DNA of 64,000 nt from NCBI GenBank assembly GCA_020725175.1, contig DYFM01000006.1, positions 2,190 through 66,189 of the forward strand, read 5' to 3'. Positions within the stretch are counted from its first letter, which is position 1. Every line of letters begins with the position of its first letter. Of this stretch, positions 41,183 through 50,840 are shown piece by piece. Below the pieces are notes generated by a model. That model did no database searches. It saw only the letters and a list, made by a program, of their open reading frames with translations, and was not told the origin of the DNA. This stretch comes from Candidatus Paceibacter sp. (GTDB lineage Bacteria > Patescibacteriota > Patescibacteriia > Magasanikbacterales > UBA922). The position numbers and the translations under genes were made by a program.

Positions 41183-44029
41183 ATGCCCCACCAACACATC
41201 ACCATCACCAATGCGCGGGTGAACAATTTGAAAAATATCTCGGTGAAGATCCCCAAAAATAAGTTGGTGGTAATTACCGGTTTATCAGGATCAGGAAAAT
41301 CGAGCTTAGCTTTTGATACCATTTATGCCGAAGGACAACGTCGCTATGCCGAAAGCTTGAATGCCTATGCACGACAATTTATGGATCTTCAAGATAAACC
41401 GGATGTCGATGAAATCACCGGACTCTCCCCTACCATTGCCATTGATCAAAAAAATACTTCAAAAAATCCTCGTTCGACCGTCGGTACCAGCACCGAAATT
41501 CACGACTATCTTCGTCTTCTGTTTGCACGCATTGGAACGCAGTACTGTCCGGACTGTCACGAACAAGTGAAAGGCTATACCGTAGGAAATATTGTTGAAT
41601 CTATTCGAAAAATCGGTCGTGATAATATGTCACTGACAATTATTGCGCCACTCCTCACACAACATCCGGGAAAGAAAAAGGATATTGTTTCTCGCCTTGA
41701 ACAAACCGGATATGAAACAGTCCGTTTAAACGGCGCCGTCATGAAGCTCTCGGCTATTACCGGTTACAGTTTTGATCCGCAAAAAAAATATGATCTCGAT
41801 ATCGTACTGGGAACTATTGAAGATACCAAAAAACAACCAGTCCAACTACTGGTAGACAAAGCACTTGATCTTGGCAATGATACCATGATCGTTGTAAACG
41901 AACAGACCGGCGATGAACGAAGTTATTCTCTTATCCCACAATGCCCAACTTGTCATCGCTCGTTTCAAACTATTGAACCACGTTCGTTTAGTTTCAACAG
42001 TCCGTATGGTGCCTGCGGACGTTGTACCGGTCTCGGACGAACGCTTGAAGTAGATCCGGAGCTCGTGATCCCGAATCCGCGATTAACACTGGCGGAAGGA
42101 GCAATTCAACCATGGACTAGAATTGTTGGAAATCAACAATTTTATCACAAACTTCTTTCGGCGGTTGCTGACCGACACGGGTTTTCTATTGATGTACCGA
42201 TCAAAGATTTACCACAAGCAGTTATTGATATTTTATTCTATGGGACAGATGGTCAAGACTACACCATCGATGGAAAAACGGTTCATTTTGAAGGAGTCGT
42301 ATCAAATCTTACCCAACGACACGCAGAAACCACTTCTGACTACATTCGCAAGGAAATCGAACACTACATGCGGGAAAAAGTTTGTCCGGTTTGCAAGGGA
42401 CGACGACTGAAACAGGAATCACTCTGGGTGAAAATTGGCGATTATAGTATTGCCGACATTATGGAAATGAATATTGATGAAGCTATCGACTTTTTACACT
42501 CAGTCCTTGGTACGTCAAAAACAGCAAAGAAAGGTACGACAACACTCGAATTCAGTAAACAAGAAGAGCTCATTGCCACTCCGATTATCAAAGAAATTTC
42601 GATCCGTCTCAGTAATCTTAGTCAAGTAGGTCTTTCCTACCTTTCCCTTGACCGTTCACTCTCTTCTCTTTCCGGTGGAGAAGCACAGCGGGTTCGTCTG
42701 TCAACCCAACTCTCTACCGGACTCACCGGTGTTATTTATGTACTCGACGAGCCATCGGTTGGTCTACACCCTCGCGACAGCGATACACTCATAGCGACCC
42801 TGAAACAGTTACGCGATCTAGGAAATTCCGTCATTGTAGTTGAACATGATAAAGCTATGATGGAAGCAGCTGACTACATTATAGACGTTGGGCCCGGAGC
42901 GGGAATTTATGGTGGGGAACTGATTGCTGAAGGGACGCCAGAACAAATCAAAAAGACCCCTAAGTCCGTTACCGGTCAGTATTTAACGGATAAGGCTTCT
43001 ATTCCAGTACCAAAAAAACTTCACAAAGGAAATGGAAAATCCCTCACTATTATTGGAGCAAAAGCGTTTAATTTGAAGAATATTGATGTTTCAATTCCAC
43101 TCGGTAAACTAGTCTGCGTGACCGGGGTGTCCGGGTCTGGAAAAACCAGCTTGATTCACGACATTCTCGGACGTGCGCTGAATAAGCATTTTTACCGCGC
43201 CAAAGCCGAACCGGGTGCGCACAAAAAAATTACCGGCATTTCCCATATAAATAAGGTCATTGCTATTGATCAATCTCCTATTGGTCGTACACCTCGCAGC
43301 AATCCGGCAACGTACACCGGTGTTTTTACCGCAATCCGTGACTTATTTACCGAACAACCGGAAGCGAAACTCCGCGGCTATGATGCGGGTAAATTTAGTT
43401 TTAATGTCAAAGGTGGTGGCCGATGTGAAGCCTGCACCGGTGAAGGGTATGTGCGAATTCCCATGCAATTTTTAACTGATGTGTTTGTCGAGTGTAACGA
43501 GTGTGAAGGAAAACGCTACACTCGAGATACACTTGATATACATTACAAACAAAAAACAATCGCCGACGTGCTCGAAATGACAGTAGAGGAAGCCACCACG
43601 TTTTTTGCCGAAATTCCGACTATTGCGGATAAACTCAACACGCTTCGTGACGTAGGACTTGGCTACGTACATCTTGGGCAACCAGCAACAACACTATCTG
43701 GCGGAGAAGCACAGCGAGTAAAACTGGCCACCGAACTCTCACGAAAAGCAACCGGCGATACGCTTTATATTCTTGATGAACCAACCTCTGGACTTCATTT
43801 TGATGATATTAAAAAACTATTGCATGTCTTAAGTCAACTCGTCGACAAAGGCAATACAGTTCTTATCATCGAACACAATCTCGACATCATCAAGTGTGCC
43901 GATTGGATCATTGATATCGGGCCAGAAGGCGGAAAACATGGTGGTGAAGTAGTCGCTGAAGGAACCCCGAGTGATGTAGTCAAGGTAAAAGGTAGTTTGA
44001 CTGGAAAATACTTAAAAGCAGCGATTTAA
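41183..44029 (+). CDS. uvrA: excinuclease ABC subunit A
   Basis: two Walker A motifs (GLSGSGKS, GVSGSGKT), LSGGEAQR x2, zinc fingers. Confidence 0.98.
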   Translation: MPHQHITITNARVNNLKNISVKIPKNKLVVITGLSGSGKSSLAFDTIYAEGQRRYAESLNAYARQFMDLQDKPDVDEITGLSPTIAIDQKNTSKNPRSTVGTSTEIHDYLRLLFARIGTQYCPDCHEQVKGYTVGNIVESIRKIGRDNMSLTIIAPLLTQHPGKKKDIVSRLEQTGYETVRLNGAVMKLSAITGYSFDPQKKYDLDIVLGTIEDTKKQPVQLLVDKALDLGNDTMIVVNEQTGDERSYSLIPQCPTCHRSFQTIEPRSFSFNSPYGACGRCTGLGRTLEVDPELVIPNPRLTLAEGAIQPWTRIVGNQQFYHKLLSAVADRHGFSIDVPIKDLPQAVIDILFYGTDGQDYTIDGKTVHFEGVVSNLTQRHAETTSDYIRKEIEHYMREKVCPVCKGRRLKQESLWVKIGDYSIADIMEMNIDEAIDFLHSVLGTSKTAKKGTTTLEFSKQEELIATPIIKEISIRLSNLSQVGLSYLSLDRSLSSLSGGEAQRVRLSTQLSTGLTGVIYVLDEPSVGLHPRDSDTLIATLKQLRDLGNSVIVVEHDKAMMEAADYIIDVGPGAGIYGGELIAEGTPEQIKKTPKSVTGQYLTDKASIPVPKKLHKGNGKSLTIIGAKAFNLKNIDVSIPLGKLVCVTGVSGSGKTSLIHDILGRALNKHFYRAKAEPGAHKKITGISHINKVIAIDQSPIGRTPRSNPATYTGVFTAIRDLFTEQPEAKLRGYDAGKFSFNVKGGGRCEACTGEGYVRIPMQFLTDVFVECNECEGKRYTRDTLDIHYKQKTIADVLEMTVEEATTFFAEIPTIADKLNTLRDVGLGYVHLGQPATTLSGGEAQRVKLATELSRKATGDTLYILDEPTSGLHFDDIKKLLHVLSQLVDKGNTVLIIEHNLDIIKCADWIIDIGPEGGKHGGEVVAEGTPSDVVKVKGSLTGKYLKAAI

Positions 44030-44192
44030 AATCTCTAATTCACCTAATGTCTAATTTCTAATGAAATGTCAAATACAAACAAACAACTTCCATTCGCCTT
44101 TGGTTACTGCGTGTAATGTAGTACTACTGAAAACAAATGTATGGAATATGGTGAACAATTGTTAGAAATTAGACATTAGAAATTAGAAATTT
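44029..44192. repeat. heptamer (ttagaaa/ttagaca) fold-back array
   Basis: ctaatgtctaatttctaa ... ttagaaattagacattagaaattagaaattt. Confidence 0.8.
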
Positions 44193-44211
44193 TCTTTCCT
44201 CTATCATAAAC

Positions 44212-44237
44212 AAAAAACCGCCGTCTTTGGCGGTTTT
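44212..44237. terminator. intrinsic terminator between uvrA and rplS
   Basis: aaaaaaccgcc-gtcttt-ggcggtttt. Confidence 0.75.
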
Positions 44238-44266
44238 GTAGTAGCCTGGTAAGCGTCGTAAGCCTT

Positions 44267-44590
44267 TTATTTCTTCACTTCTTTCAATTTCTTCTTAGTG
44301 GTTCTCAAGTAGTACGCACGCGCTTGTCGCACTTTCATTTGTCGAACCAACTCTATTTTTTCTACTACCGGGGAATGAAGCGGGAAGATTTTTTCTACAC
44401 CGATACCACCGGAAACTTTTCTGACAGTTACGGTCGCACCGGCTTCTTTTCCGTGTTTCACCGCGAGAACTGTTCCTTCAAAAATCTGAATACGTTCTTT
44501 TTCCTCACCTTTAGCATTTACTTCTTTAATTTTCTGATGCACGCGGACAATTGCGCCCGGCTTCAGTTCAAATCGTTTGTCGTCTGACAT
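44267..44590 (-). CDS. rplS: 50S ribosomal protein L19
   Basis: [27 protein letters not shown]. Confidence 0.96.
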   Translation of the reverse strand: MSDDKRFELKPGAIVRVHQKIKEVNAKGEEKERIQIFEGTVLAVKHGKEAGATVTVRKVSGGIGVEKIFPLHSPVVEKIELVRQMKVRQARAYYLRTTKKKLKEVKK

Positions 44591-44705
44591 AATAGATAAC
44601 TTATCGAGAGGTTGAGAGGATAGGATACCCAACGTCGCGGTCGGGATAAAACCCAACCCTAGAGATTGAATAGTGGCTAGAGAATACTATATTTGTGAGA
44701 ATTTG

Positions 44706-45296
44706 TCAAGTATTGATACGAACACCCTTATGATCCAAAAAAACCAAAATTTCTTCTACCGCCTCCATCATTTTTCCTTCCCGGTTTATAATAATTTTGT
44801 CATATCGCTTTGCCTGTCGCATTTCTTCCCCCGCAATTGTCATCCGCTCCATTACAGCCTGATCATCGGTCCCTCCTCGACGTACAATTCTTTCTTCCAA
44901 AGTATCCAAGTCTTCTGGAGCCAAAAAAATGGCAATATGAGGTATCTCCAACCGGTCTAGTGCTTGCTTTCCTTGCACTTCCGGATTGGCAAACACCACA
45001 TCATACTGCTCTAATGCTTGATAAAGGTGTTGTTTTTGCATGCCATATAAATTTCCGACATATTCAGCGTGCTCCACAAAGTCCCCCTGTTCCACTTTAT
45101 GAATAAACGTGTTCCGGTCAAGAAAAAAATAGTCAACCCCTTCCACTTCTCCCGGTCGCATAGCACGGGTTGTGGTAGTTACTAACCGCGTTGCATTTGG
45201 TACCCGACGCAAAAGCTCATTGATAATAGAATTTTTTCCTGTTCCTGATGGAGCAGATATGACTACAAGTCTGCCGGTTGTTTCTTTCGAATTCAT
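44706..45296 (-). CDS. gmk: guanylate kinase
   Basis: SAPSGTGK, TTR.MRPGE..GVDYFF, GNLYG. Confidence 0.93.
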   Translation of the reverse strand: MNSKETTGRLVVISAPSGTGKNSIINELLRRVPNATRLVTTTTRAMRPGEVEGVDYFFLDRNTFIHKVEQGDFVEHAEYVGNLYGMQKQHLYQALEQYDVVFANPEVQGKQALDRLEIPHIAIFLAPEDLDTLEERIVRRGGTDDQAVMERMTIAGEEMRQAKRYDKIIINREGKMMEAVEEILVFLDHKGVRINT

Positions 45297-45320
45297 AAAA
45301 TAGTAGACAAGTATCAGTAC

Positions 45321-46307
45321 TTAGACACCTTCTAAAAAAGATTGTAATTCAGGCGGGAGTTCACACGTATAACACACCCTCTCTCCCTCGTTCGTCACAA
45401 AACACAATCGCTCGGCATGTAAAAACAATCTTCCGAGAGCAGTATCCATTTTTCTATTTTGTTTTTTACCATAGTAGAGCATATCTCCCACCACCGGATG
45501 ATTGTACGCAAAAAAGTGCACCCGAATCTGATGCATACGTCCAGTATGAATGCGCACCTTGAGTAATGTGAGATGAGGAAATCGCTTCATGACATCATAT
45601 TCGGTCTTCGCATCTTTTCCGGGCTGCTCTTTAGCAACGTTTCGTACTTGCAGTGGATCAAGTTTTGGTCTCGCAACCATTTTTCCTTCTCTGCCCCGGT
45701 CGATAAGAAAGTCAATTACATCATGATCTTTTGGTACCGCACCGTGCACCAATACAAGATACTCCTTTTCCACCGAACGGTCTTTAAACTGTACCTTCAA
45801 ATGATTGAACATATTTTGTGTTCGAGCAATAACTAACAATCCAGATGCCTCTCGATCCAAGCGATGAACAATTCCCGGACGTTTTTGGTCTTCCCCCACC
45901 TTCTCTATTTCAGGATATCGCTCAACTACCCATGATGCCAATGTTATTAGTTCGTTGGCCTCGGTTTGGTGTACCAAAAGTCCGGCTGGCTTATACACCA
46001 CCAGATACTCTGGAGTTTCCGCGATACATCGTACTTTACTATATATATGTGTATCATTGTCTACTGACGATGTTTCTTCTACAACCTCTTCTGGTAAAAC
46101 CGCTTCACGAATTTCAACTACCGCCCCAGGTTTCAATTGATCCCCGGCTTTCTTTGACAGTTTTCCATTAACCCTAACCTGTCCTTCTTTTATCAGTTTT
46201 TGTGCTTGAGAACGAGTAATTGAGAGTTGTTCAGATAAAAAAAGATCGAGACGAATCACCTCTTTACTATCCATTGATTGATACAAAAATGTTTTAGGAA
46301 GTTTCAT
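45321..46307 (-). CDS. RluA/RluD-family pseudouridine synthase with S4 domain
   Basis: RLDLFL S4 domain, KPAGL, VHRLDREASG, TGRMHQIR. Confidence 0.93.
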   Translation of the reverse strand: MKLPKTFLYQSMDSKEVIRLDLFLSEQLSITRSQAQKLIKEGQVRVNGKLSKKAGDQLKPGAVVEIREAVLPEEVVEETSSVDNDTHIYSKVRCIAETPEYLVVYKPAGLLVHQTEANELITLASWVVERYPEIEKVGEDQKRPGIVHRLDREASGLLVIARTQNMFNHLKVQFKDRSVEKEYLVLVHGAVPKDHDVIDFLIDRGREGKMVARPKLDPLQVRNVAKEQPGKDAKTEYDVMKRFPHLTLLKVRIHTGRMHQIRVHFFAYNHPVVGDMLYYGKKQNRKMDTALGRLFLHAERLCFVTNEGERVCYTCELPPELQSFLEGV

Positions 46308-46421
46308 ATTTGCTGAGTATACATGAATTTTTTCTTTCTGTCTAGATGAACAATCACTTTCTCTTATTGTTTCTATGACTTGATTTTTCTTTGCAACACT
46401 GCTATACTTTTTGTGTTTTAC

Positions 46422-46494
46422 GGGCCTGTAGCTCAGGGGTTAGAGCACAACGCTTATAACGTTGGGGTCGGTGGTTCAAAACCACCCAGGCCCA
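46422..46494 (+). tRNA. tRNA-Ile (UAU anticodon)
   Basis: GGGCCTG/CAGGCCC-A acceptor stem; CAACG-CTTATAA-CGTTG anticodon arm; GGTTCAAAACC; upstream promoter TTGATT-17-TATACT. Confidence 0.9.
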
Positions 46495-46497
46495 CAT

Positions 46498-46791
46498 ATG
46501 CATTATGTGTACTTTCTTTGGAGTGAAAAACTGCAAAAAATATACATCGGAGAAAGTGCGGATATTATCGCAAGATTACAGTATCATAATTCCGGCAGAC
46601 AAAGATTTACCTCACGCGGCATTCCTTGGAAACCAATTGCTTGTATACCATTTGCGAGTAGAGCAGAAGCACTAAAAGAAGAAAAACGTTTAAAAAAGTT
46701 ACGTAGTAGGCCGTATCTTAAACAATATCTCCTAACTCAGGGGAGAAAGTTTCCTTTCTCAGGGGTTAGTCCCGATCACATCGGGATATAA
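46498..46791 (+). CDS. stand-alone GIY-YIG nuclease
   Basis: YVYFL..KIYIG, RLQYHN, FTSRGIPW, EALKEEKRLK. Confidence 0.92.
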   Translation: MHYVYFLWSEKLQKIYIGESADIIARLQYHNSGRQRFTSRGIPWKPIACIPFASRAEALKEEKRLKKLRSRPYLKQYLLTQGRKFPFSGVSPDHIGI

Positions 46792-46828
46792 CGTTGGGGT
46801 CGGTGGTTCAAAACCACCCAGGCCCACA
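46758..46828 (+). pseudogene. partial duplicate of tRNA-Ile in which 11 nt are replaced by a 17-bp hairpin
   Basis: CTCAGGGGTTAG + tcccgatcacatcggga + TATAACGTTGGGG...CAGGCCCACA, otherwise identical to 46432-46496. Confidence 0.9.
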
Positions 46829-46853
46829 AAATAGCCAAATTTGGCTATTTTTT
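46828..46853 (+). terminator. intrinsic terminator
   Basis: aaaatagccaa-at-ttggctatttttt. Confidence 0.75.
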
Positions 46854-47020
46854 GTTTTAGAAATATTTGTTCTCTTTTGATAAACTATGTTTTGTAGACC
46901 AGATAATTAAAATAACCGAACGTTCAACACATACTACACCAGAAAATAACGTACAACAAAATACAATAATTGATTTCCCCACCCTTCTCTGTTATACTGA
47001 GTTACAACATATTTCTATCT

Positions 47021-47737
47021 ATGAAACAGCATATCTATCTCACCCTTATTTCTATCGCTTCAGAGCGAATGCAACGATCAAAAGACCCTATTCATGATCA
47101 TGCCCATGTATCAAGAGTAGTAAAATACACCCAAGATTTAGCAAAAAAACTTTCTGTATCAGAAACAAACCTCCACGCCCTTCTGATTGCCGCATGGTGG
47201 CACGATGTCAGCAGAACCCTCACGAAACAACCCTCCTTCATCTGGATGCCTCTCATTGATGATATTGTATCTTCTGTTATGCTCCTCTATACCATAGTGA
47301 GAAAAAAACTCTGGAGCAAAGATTCACTACTTGCAGCTCGGATTGTGTTTTGTAAAAGCACTGCGGCCGGTACTTTTTTACGAAAACTTTTACTCAATCC
47401 TTCGCAACAAATTCTGGTTGATATTCTCAAAGATGCTGATGCTCTTGATCTACTTCACACTGATCGGACGAAACATCTTCAAGAACTCGTCAACATCTCT
47501 CTTCTATATGCCTACGGATACAAATTGCAGGCCTGGTGGTTTTTCTCTTGCCAACAGATAAAATTCAAAACTGAAGCAGCTAAAGAACAATTTGTTACTC
47601 TTCTCAAAGAATTTCTCGCTTGGATATCGGAGGAAATGACTATCGCATGGCATAAACACACATTTGGAGAAGAGTGGGTATCAAACATGATGAATGATAT
47701 CAAACGACTCATTGCGCAATTTGAAGTGCAGCACTAG
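47021..47737 (+). CDS. HD-domain protein
   Basis: HD..H..RV, AWWHD, DADALD. Confidence 0.85.
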   Translation: MKQHIYLTLISIASERMQRSKDPIHDHAHVSRVVKYTQDLAKKLSVSETNLHALLIAAWWHDVSRTLTKQPSFIWMPLIDDIVSSVMLLYTIVRKKLWSKDSLLAARIVFCKSTAAGTFLRKLLLNPSQQILVDILKDADALDLLHTDRTKHLQELVNISLLYAYGYKLQAWWFFSCQQIKFKTEAAKEQFVTLLKEFLAWISEEMTIAWHKHTFGEEWVSNMMNDIKRLIAQFEVQH

Positions 47738-47803
47738 TTATGCACGCTCTCCAACACCAAAATTGACAATTGGAAATTAAAAATTGTTATTTGAAAATTA
47801 TTT

Positions 47804-48442
47804 ATGTTTCTCTTCCACTCGCATATCGATCGACTTCGAGAAAAAACTGCTCGTCGTTTGGATGCATACACCAAAGAACAATCAAGTTTTTATTTCCTTA
47901 TTGCAGCCGCAGCGGCTATTGCTGCCATGGGACTACTTCTCAATAACGCGAGTATTATCATTGGAGCAATGGTCGTCGCACCTCTTATCACTCCGGTATT
48001 TGGTTTTTCACTAGGACTGATCCTCCTTCGAGGACAAACAATTTTCCGCACACTTCTCGCCATTACCCTTGGTTCTCTACTCGCTCTTTTGGTAGCATAT
48101 ACCATTGGAATCTTATCAATATTTCTCGAAGGAACAGTGTTTACCGTCACTAATGAAATGTTTACTCGCACTGATCCAAACATTTGGTATTTTCTCATAG
48201 CCATATTAAGTGGTATGGCTGGCGCGTTTGGATACACCAGACCACAAGTAGTTGAATCAATTACCGGTATTGCGATCTCTGTGGCCGTCATTCCACCCAT
48301 AGCTGTTACCGGCTTAGCACTATCTATTGGAAATGATCTTCTCCTATGGCAGAGTTTATTTCTGTACCTGTTCAATCTCGCCGGAATTTGTTTTGGAAGT
48401 ATCATTATGTTTCTCATTCTCGGATTCGGAAAAACCGAGTGA
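47804..48442 (+). CDS. DUF389-family membrane protein
   Basis: IIGAMVVAPL..P, GIAISVAVIPP. Confidence 0.85.
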   Translation: MFLFHSHIDRLREKTARRLDAYTKEQSSFYFLIAAAAAIAAMGLLLNNASIIIGAMVVAPLITPVFGFSLGLILLRGQTIFRTLLAITLGSLLALLVAYTIGILSIFLEGTVFTVTNEMFTRTDPNIWYFLIAILSGMAGAFGYTRPQVVESITGIAISVAVIPPIAVTGLALSIGNDLLLWQSLFLYLFNLAGICFGSIIMFLILGFGKTE

Positions 48443-48484
48443 ACATAAGGAAGAAAACAAAAAAAACATGAAAACAATAAAGCA

Positions 48485-48552
48485 ATAAAGCAATATAACA
48501 ATTTAGCAATATAACAATTTAGCAATATAACAATTTAGCAATATAACAATGT
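48485..48552 (+). repeat. 16-bp tandem repeat (aacaatttagcaatat)x3 within an 8-mer array
   Basis: direct reading. Confidence 0.85.
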
Positions 48553-48879
48553 AACCATTTAACACATAACACGATAATTAAAAAATATCACACTACATCC
48601 GTAGTGTTTTTTTAAACAACAAACATACAAACAAAAAAGTTATTCACAGTTTTACTTGCAACACTATTTCAAAAAAACAAAAAACATTTTATACTATATG
48701 TGAAAGGTCGAAGAAAAAATTTTTGTAAAAAAATTTTTTCGAATAGTTTTTACATCAATGCTTGTCATGTAAAAACGGCGACGTATTTGTAGGATCATTT
48801 GGTGTGTACCATGGTCATGTCAAATATGATTGCAAATACAATCTTCATCCTTCATTAGAAGGAATTACTTCAATATATT

Positions 48880-49002
48880 ATGCCAGCAAAGAAACGTCCA
48901 GCAGCTAAGAAGGCTGCAAAGCGACCAGCTAAGAAAGCTGCAAAGAAGCCAGCTCGAAAAGCTGCAAAGCGACCAGCTAAGAAGGCTGCAAAGAAGAAAT
49001 AA
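48880..49002 (+). CDS. 40-aa Lys/Ala/Pro-rich histone-H1-like peptide (not in ORF track)
   Basis: MPAKKRPAAKKAAKRPAKKAAKKPARKAAKRPAKKAAKKK; followed by terminator aaaaactcctcg-gcaa-cgaggagttttt. Confidence 0.8.
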   Translation: MPAKKRPAAKKAAKRPAKKAAKKPARKAAKRPAKKAAKKK

Positions 49003-49106
49003 ATCTTCTCACAAAAAACTCCTCGGCAACGAGGAGTTTTTGAATTTCTATCTTCTAATGTCTAATTCCTAAAGAAGTATACAGCGGATTCAAAATTTTA
49101 ATTAAT

Positions 49107-49167
49107 GTCCCCGTAGCAAGCTCCGGGAAATAAAACCCTATGCACGCCTGGAGCTGTGGGCGGATTT
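49107..49167. repeat. short/empty copy of the composite REP-like element, inside a heptamer fold-back array (~49043-49271)
   Basis: gtccccgtagcaagctccgggaaataaaaccc-tatgcacgcctggagctgtgggcggatt. Confidence 0.75.
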
Positions 49168-49288
49168 ACATTTTAGCTTTTCTTTAATGAGGTGGTAGGT
49201 GTAATGCAGACTTATTCTAGGTTTTACATTAGGCTTTGTATTAGAAATTAAACATTAGACATTAGAAATTTCCTGTCTCCAATTTTTT

Positions 49289-50557
49289 CTATTCAAGTAG
49301 CCCTCGCAATTCTTCATCTGTAAAAATCTTCACGACCCCAAACACCCCATCGTATCCCGGATGTATGTCAATGTCTCCTTGCCGCATTTTTTCAATAGCT
49401 CGAGCGAGTACCGTTGAGCTTACGTTCTCCACATCTTCCAATGGTGCTTCGAGTACTACATAAAACTCATTTCCTAATTTCCTCAACAATTCTCGATACG
49501 CCGTCTGAACTTTTTTGGAACCTACTCCCACCTGAAACACATCCGCAATTATTTCCGGAAGCGGAACAATACTTTTGAATCGTGAAACATACTGCTTCGC
49601 TTCTTCATTTGTCCTGTCTCCAAGTTGAACCACCCGATTCAAAACACCGATGACGAGCGGTTTCTTGCACACCGGACAAATACCATGATACTTGGTAGTG
49701 TCTTCGGGAGAAAGTACTACGCTACAGGCGGCATGCCCATCGAGATGATACTTTCCTTCCTCTGGATAAAATTCAATTGTATAATCTATAGCTGAGGTTT
49801 TCTTGTTCAATCCACTCATGATCGTAGCATACGTAATGGATTCCTCAGAAGTAAATGTCATGACATTGGCTTCACGACCCAATTTTGCCGGACTATGTGC
49901 GTCAGAATTTGAAATCAAAGTTACTGAATCCAAAAATGAGCATCGTGCATTCATAAGCGGATCACTTGAGAGTCCTGTTTCAATTGCTGGAATGCATGGT
50001 GTAAGTTCATCAAACGCTTCCTCGAGACAATCATATCCACCTTTTGAACCAAGTATTCCAAACCACGGCGTCCACACATGAGCCGGCACCATGACCATTC
50101 GGTCATCAACTTCCAACATCACCTGCAGTAATTCTTTTGGAGTAAGCCCAATGATCGGTCGCCCATCAGAACGCAAATTAAACCCATCCACTTCAAGCCG
50201 TCGATTAAACTTTTCTACCACTTCAATATTAGGCGCAAACACCAACACATGCACCCGCCGCGTCTTCCCTTTATGTTTTTTGATACATGCAATTTCTGTC
50301 CCAAGAATGAAGCGTGTCTTACTCCCTCCCCTACCAGGGGAGGGCTGGAGAGGGGTCAACGTATACACCCCCTCTCTCACTTCCACCAAATTCTCCCGAA
50401 TATACTCAAACCACTTCGGATGCGTAAAATCCCCCGTCACCACAATATCAATTCCCCGCTGTTCACATGCCTCAGCAATTTTCGGCAAATCCAAATCCTT
50501 GGAGCAAGCGCGCGAGTATTTGGAGTGAATATGAAGGTCCAGGATTTTTTGGAGCAT
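49289..50557 (-). CDS. PHP-domain endonuclease Q family protein
   Basis: DLHIHSKYSRA, TGDFTHP, PAHVWTPW, SNSDAHS, CPVC, PGYDGVFG. Confidence 0.9.
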   Translation of the reverse strand: MLQKILDLHIHSKYSRACSKDLDLPKIAEACEQRGIDIVVTGDFTHPKWFEYIRENLVEVREGVYTLTPLQPSPGRGGSKTRFILGTEIACIKKHKGKTRRVHVLVFAPNIEVVEKFNRRLEVDGFNLRSDGRPIIGLTPKELLQVMLEVDDRMVMVPAHVWTPWFGILGSKGGYDCLEEAFDELTPCIPAIETGLSSDPLMNARCSFLDSVTLISNSDAHSPAKLGREANVMTFTSEESITYATIMSGLNKKTSAIDYTIEFYPEEGKYHLDGHAACSVVLSPEDTTKYHGICPVCKKPLVIGVLNRVVQLGDRTNEEAKQYVSRFKSIVPLPEIIADVFQVGVGSKKVQTAYRELLRKLGNEFYVVLEAPLEDVENVSSTVLARAIEKMRQGDIDIHPGYDGVFGVVKIFTDEELRGLLE

Positions 50558-50840
50558 AAATAGGTAATTTCCAAATAAAAAATTCCAATTTCCAATCTGC
50601 GTGATTTGATACTACCACATAATGATCGCTTTGGAAATTGGAAATTGAAATTTGGAATTTATTTACCAGCTCCTTTCCAAGCAAGTTCAAACATGAGGCG
50701 CATCATGTTGTGAGTAATATCATCTTCAAAATAAATTTCAAATTTTCATTCGTATCCTCCTACTACTAACACCCCAAAAAATCACTAGTGGATGTAGAAA
50801 GACATTCCGATCTTCCTTATTGAAAATTCTTGATAATAGG

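Noticed and set aside
46422-46828. Prophage or genomic island att sites at tRNA-Ile
   Set aside because: Only about 260 bp lie between the copies and there is no integrase or phage gene; reported instead as a minimal nuclease cassette.
47890-48525. 211-aa reverse-strand ORF
   Set aside because: Antisense shadow of the DUF389 gene; its N-terminus is translated tandem repeat.
48485-48552. Regular direct repeats resembling a CRISPR array
   Set aside because: Contiguous 8/16-bp units with no unique spacers and no cas genes; the same applies to 3623-3670.
48830-49072. 80-aa ORF in the ORF track
   Set aside because: Alternative frame of the Lys/Ala peptide and runs through its terminator.
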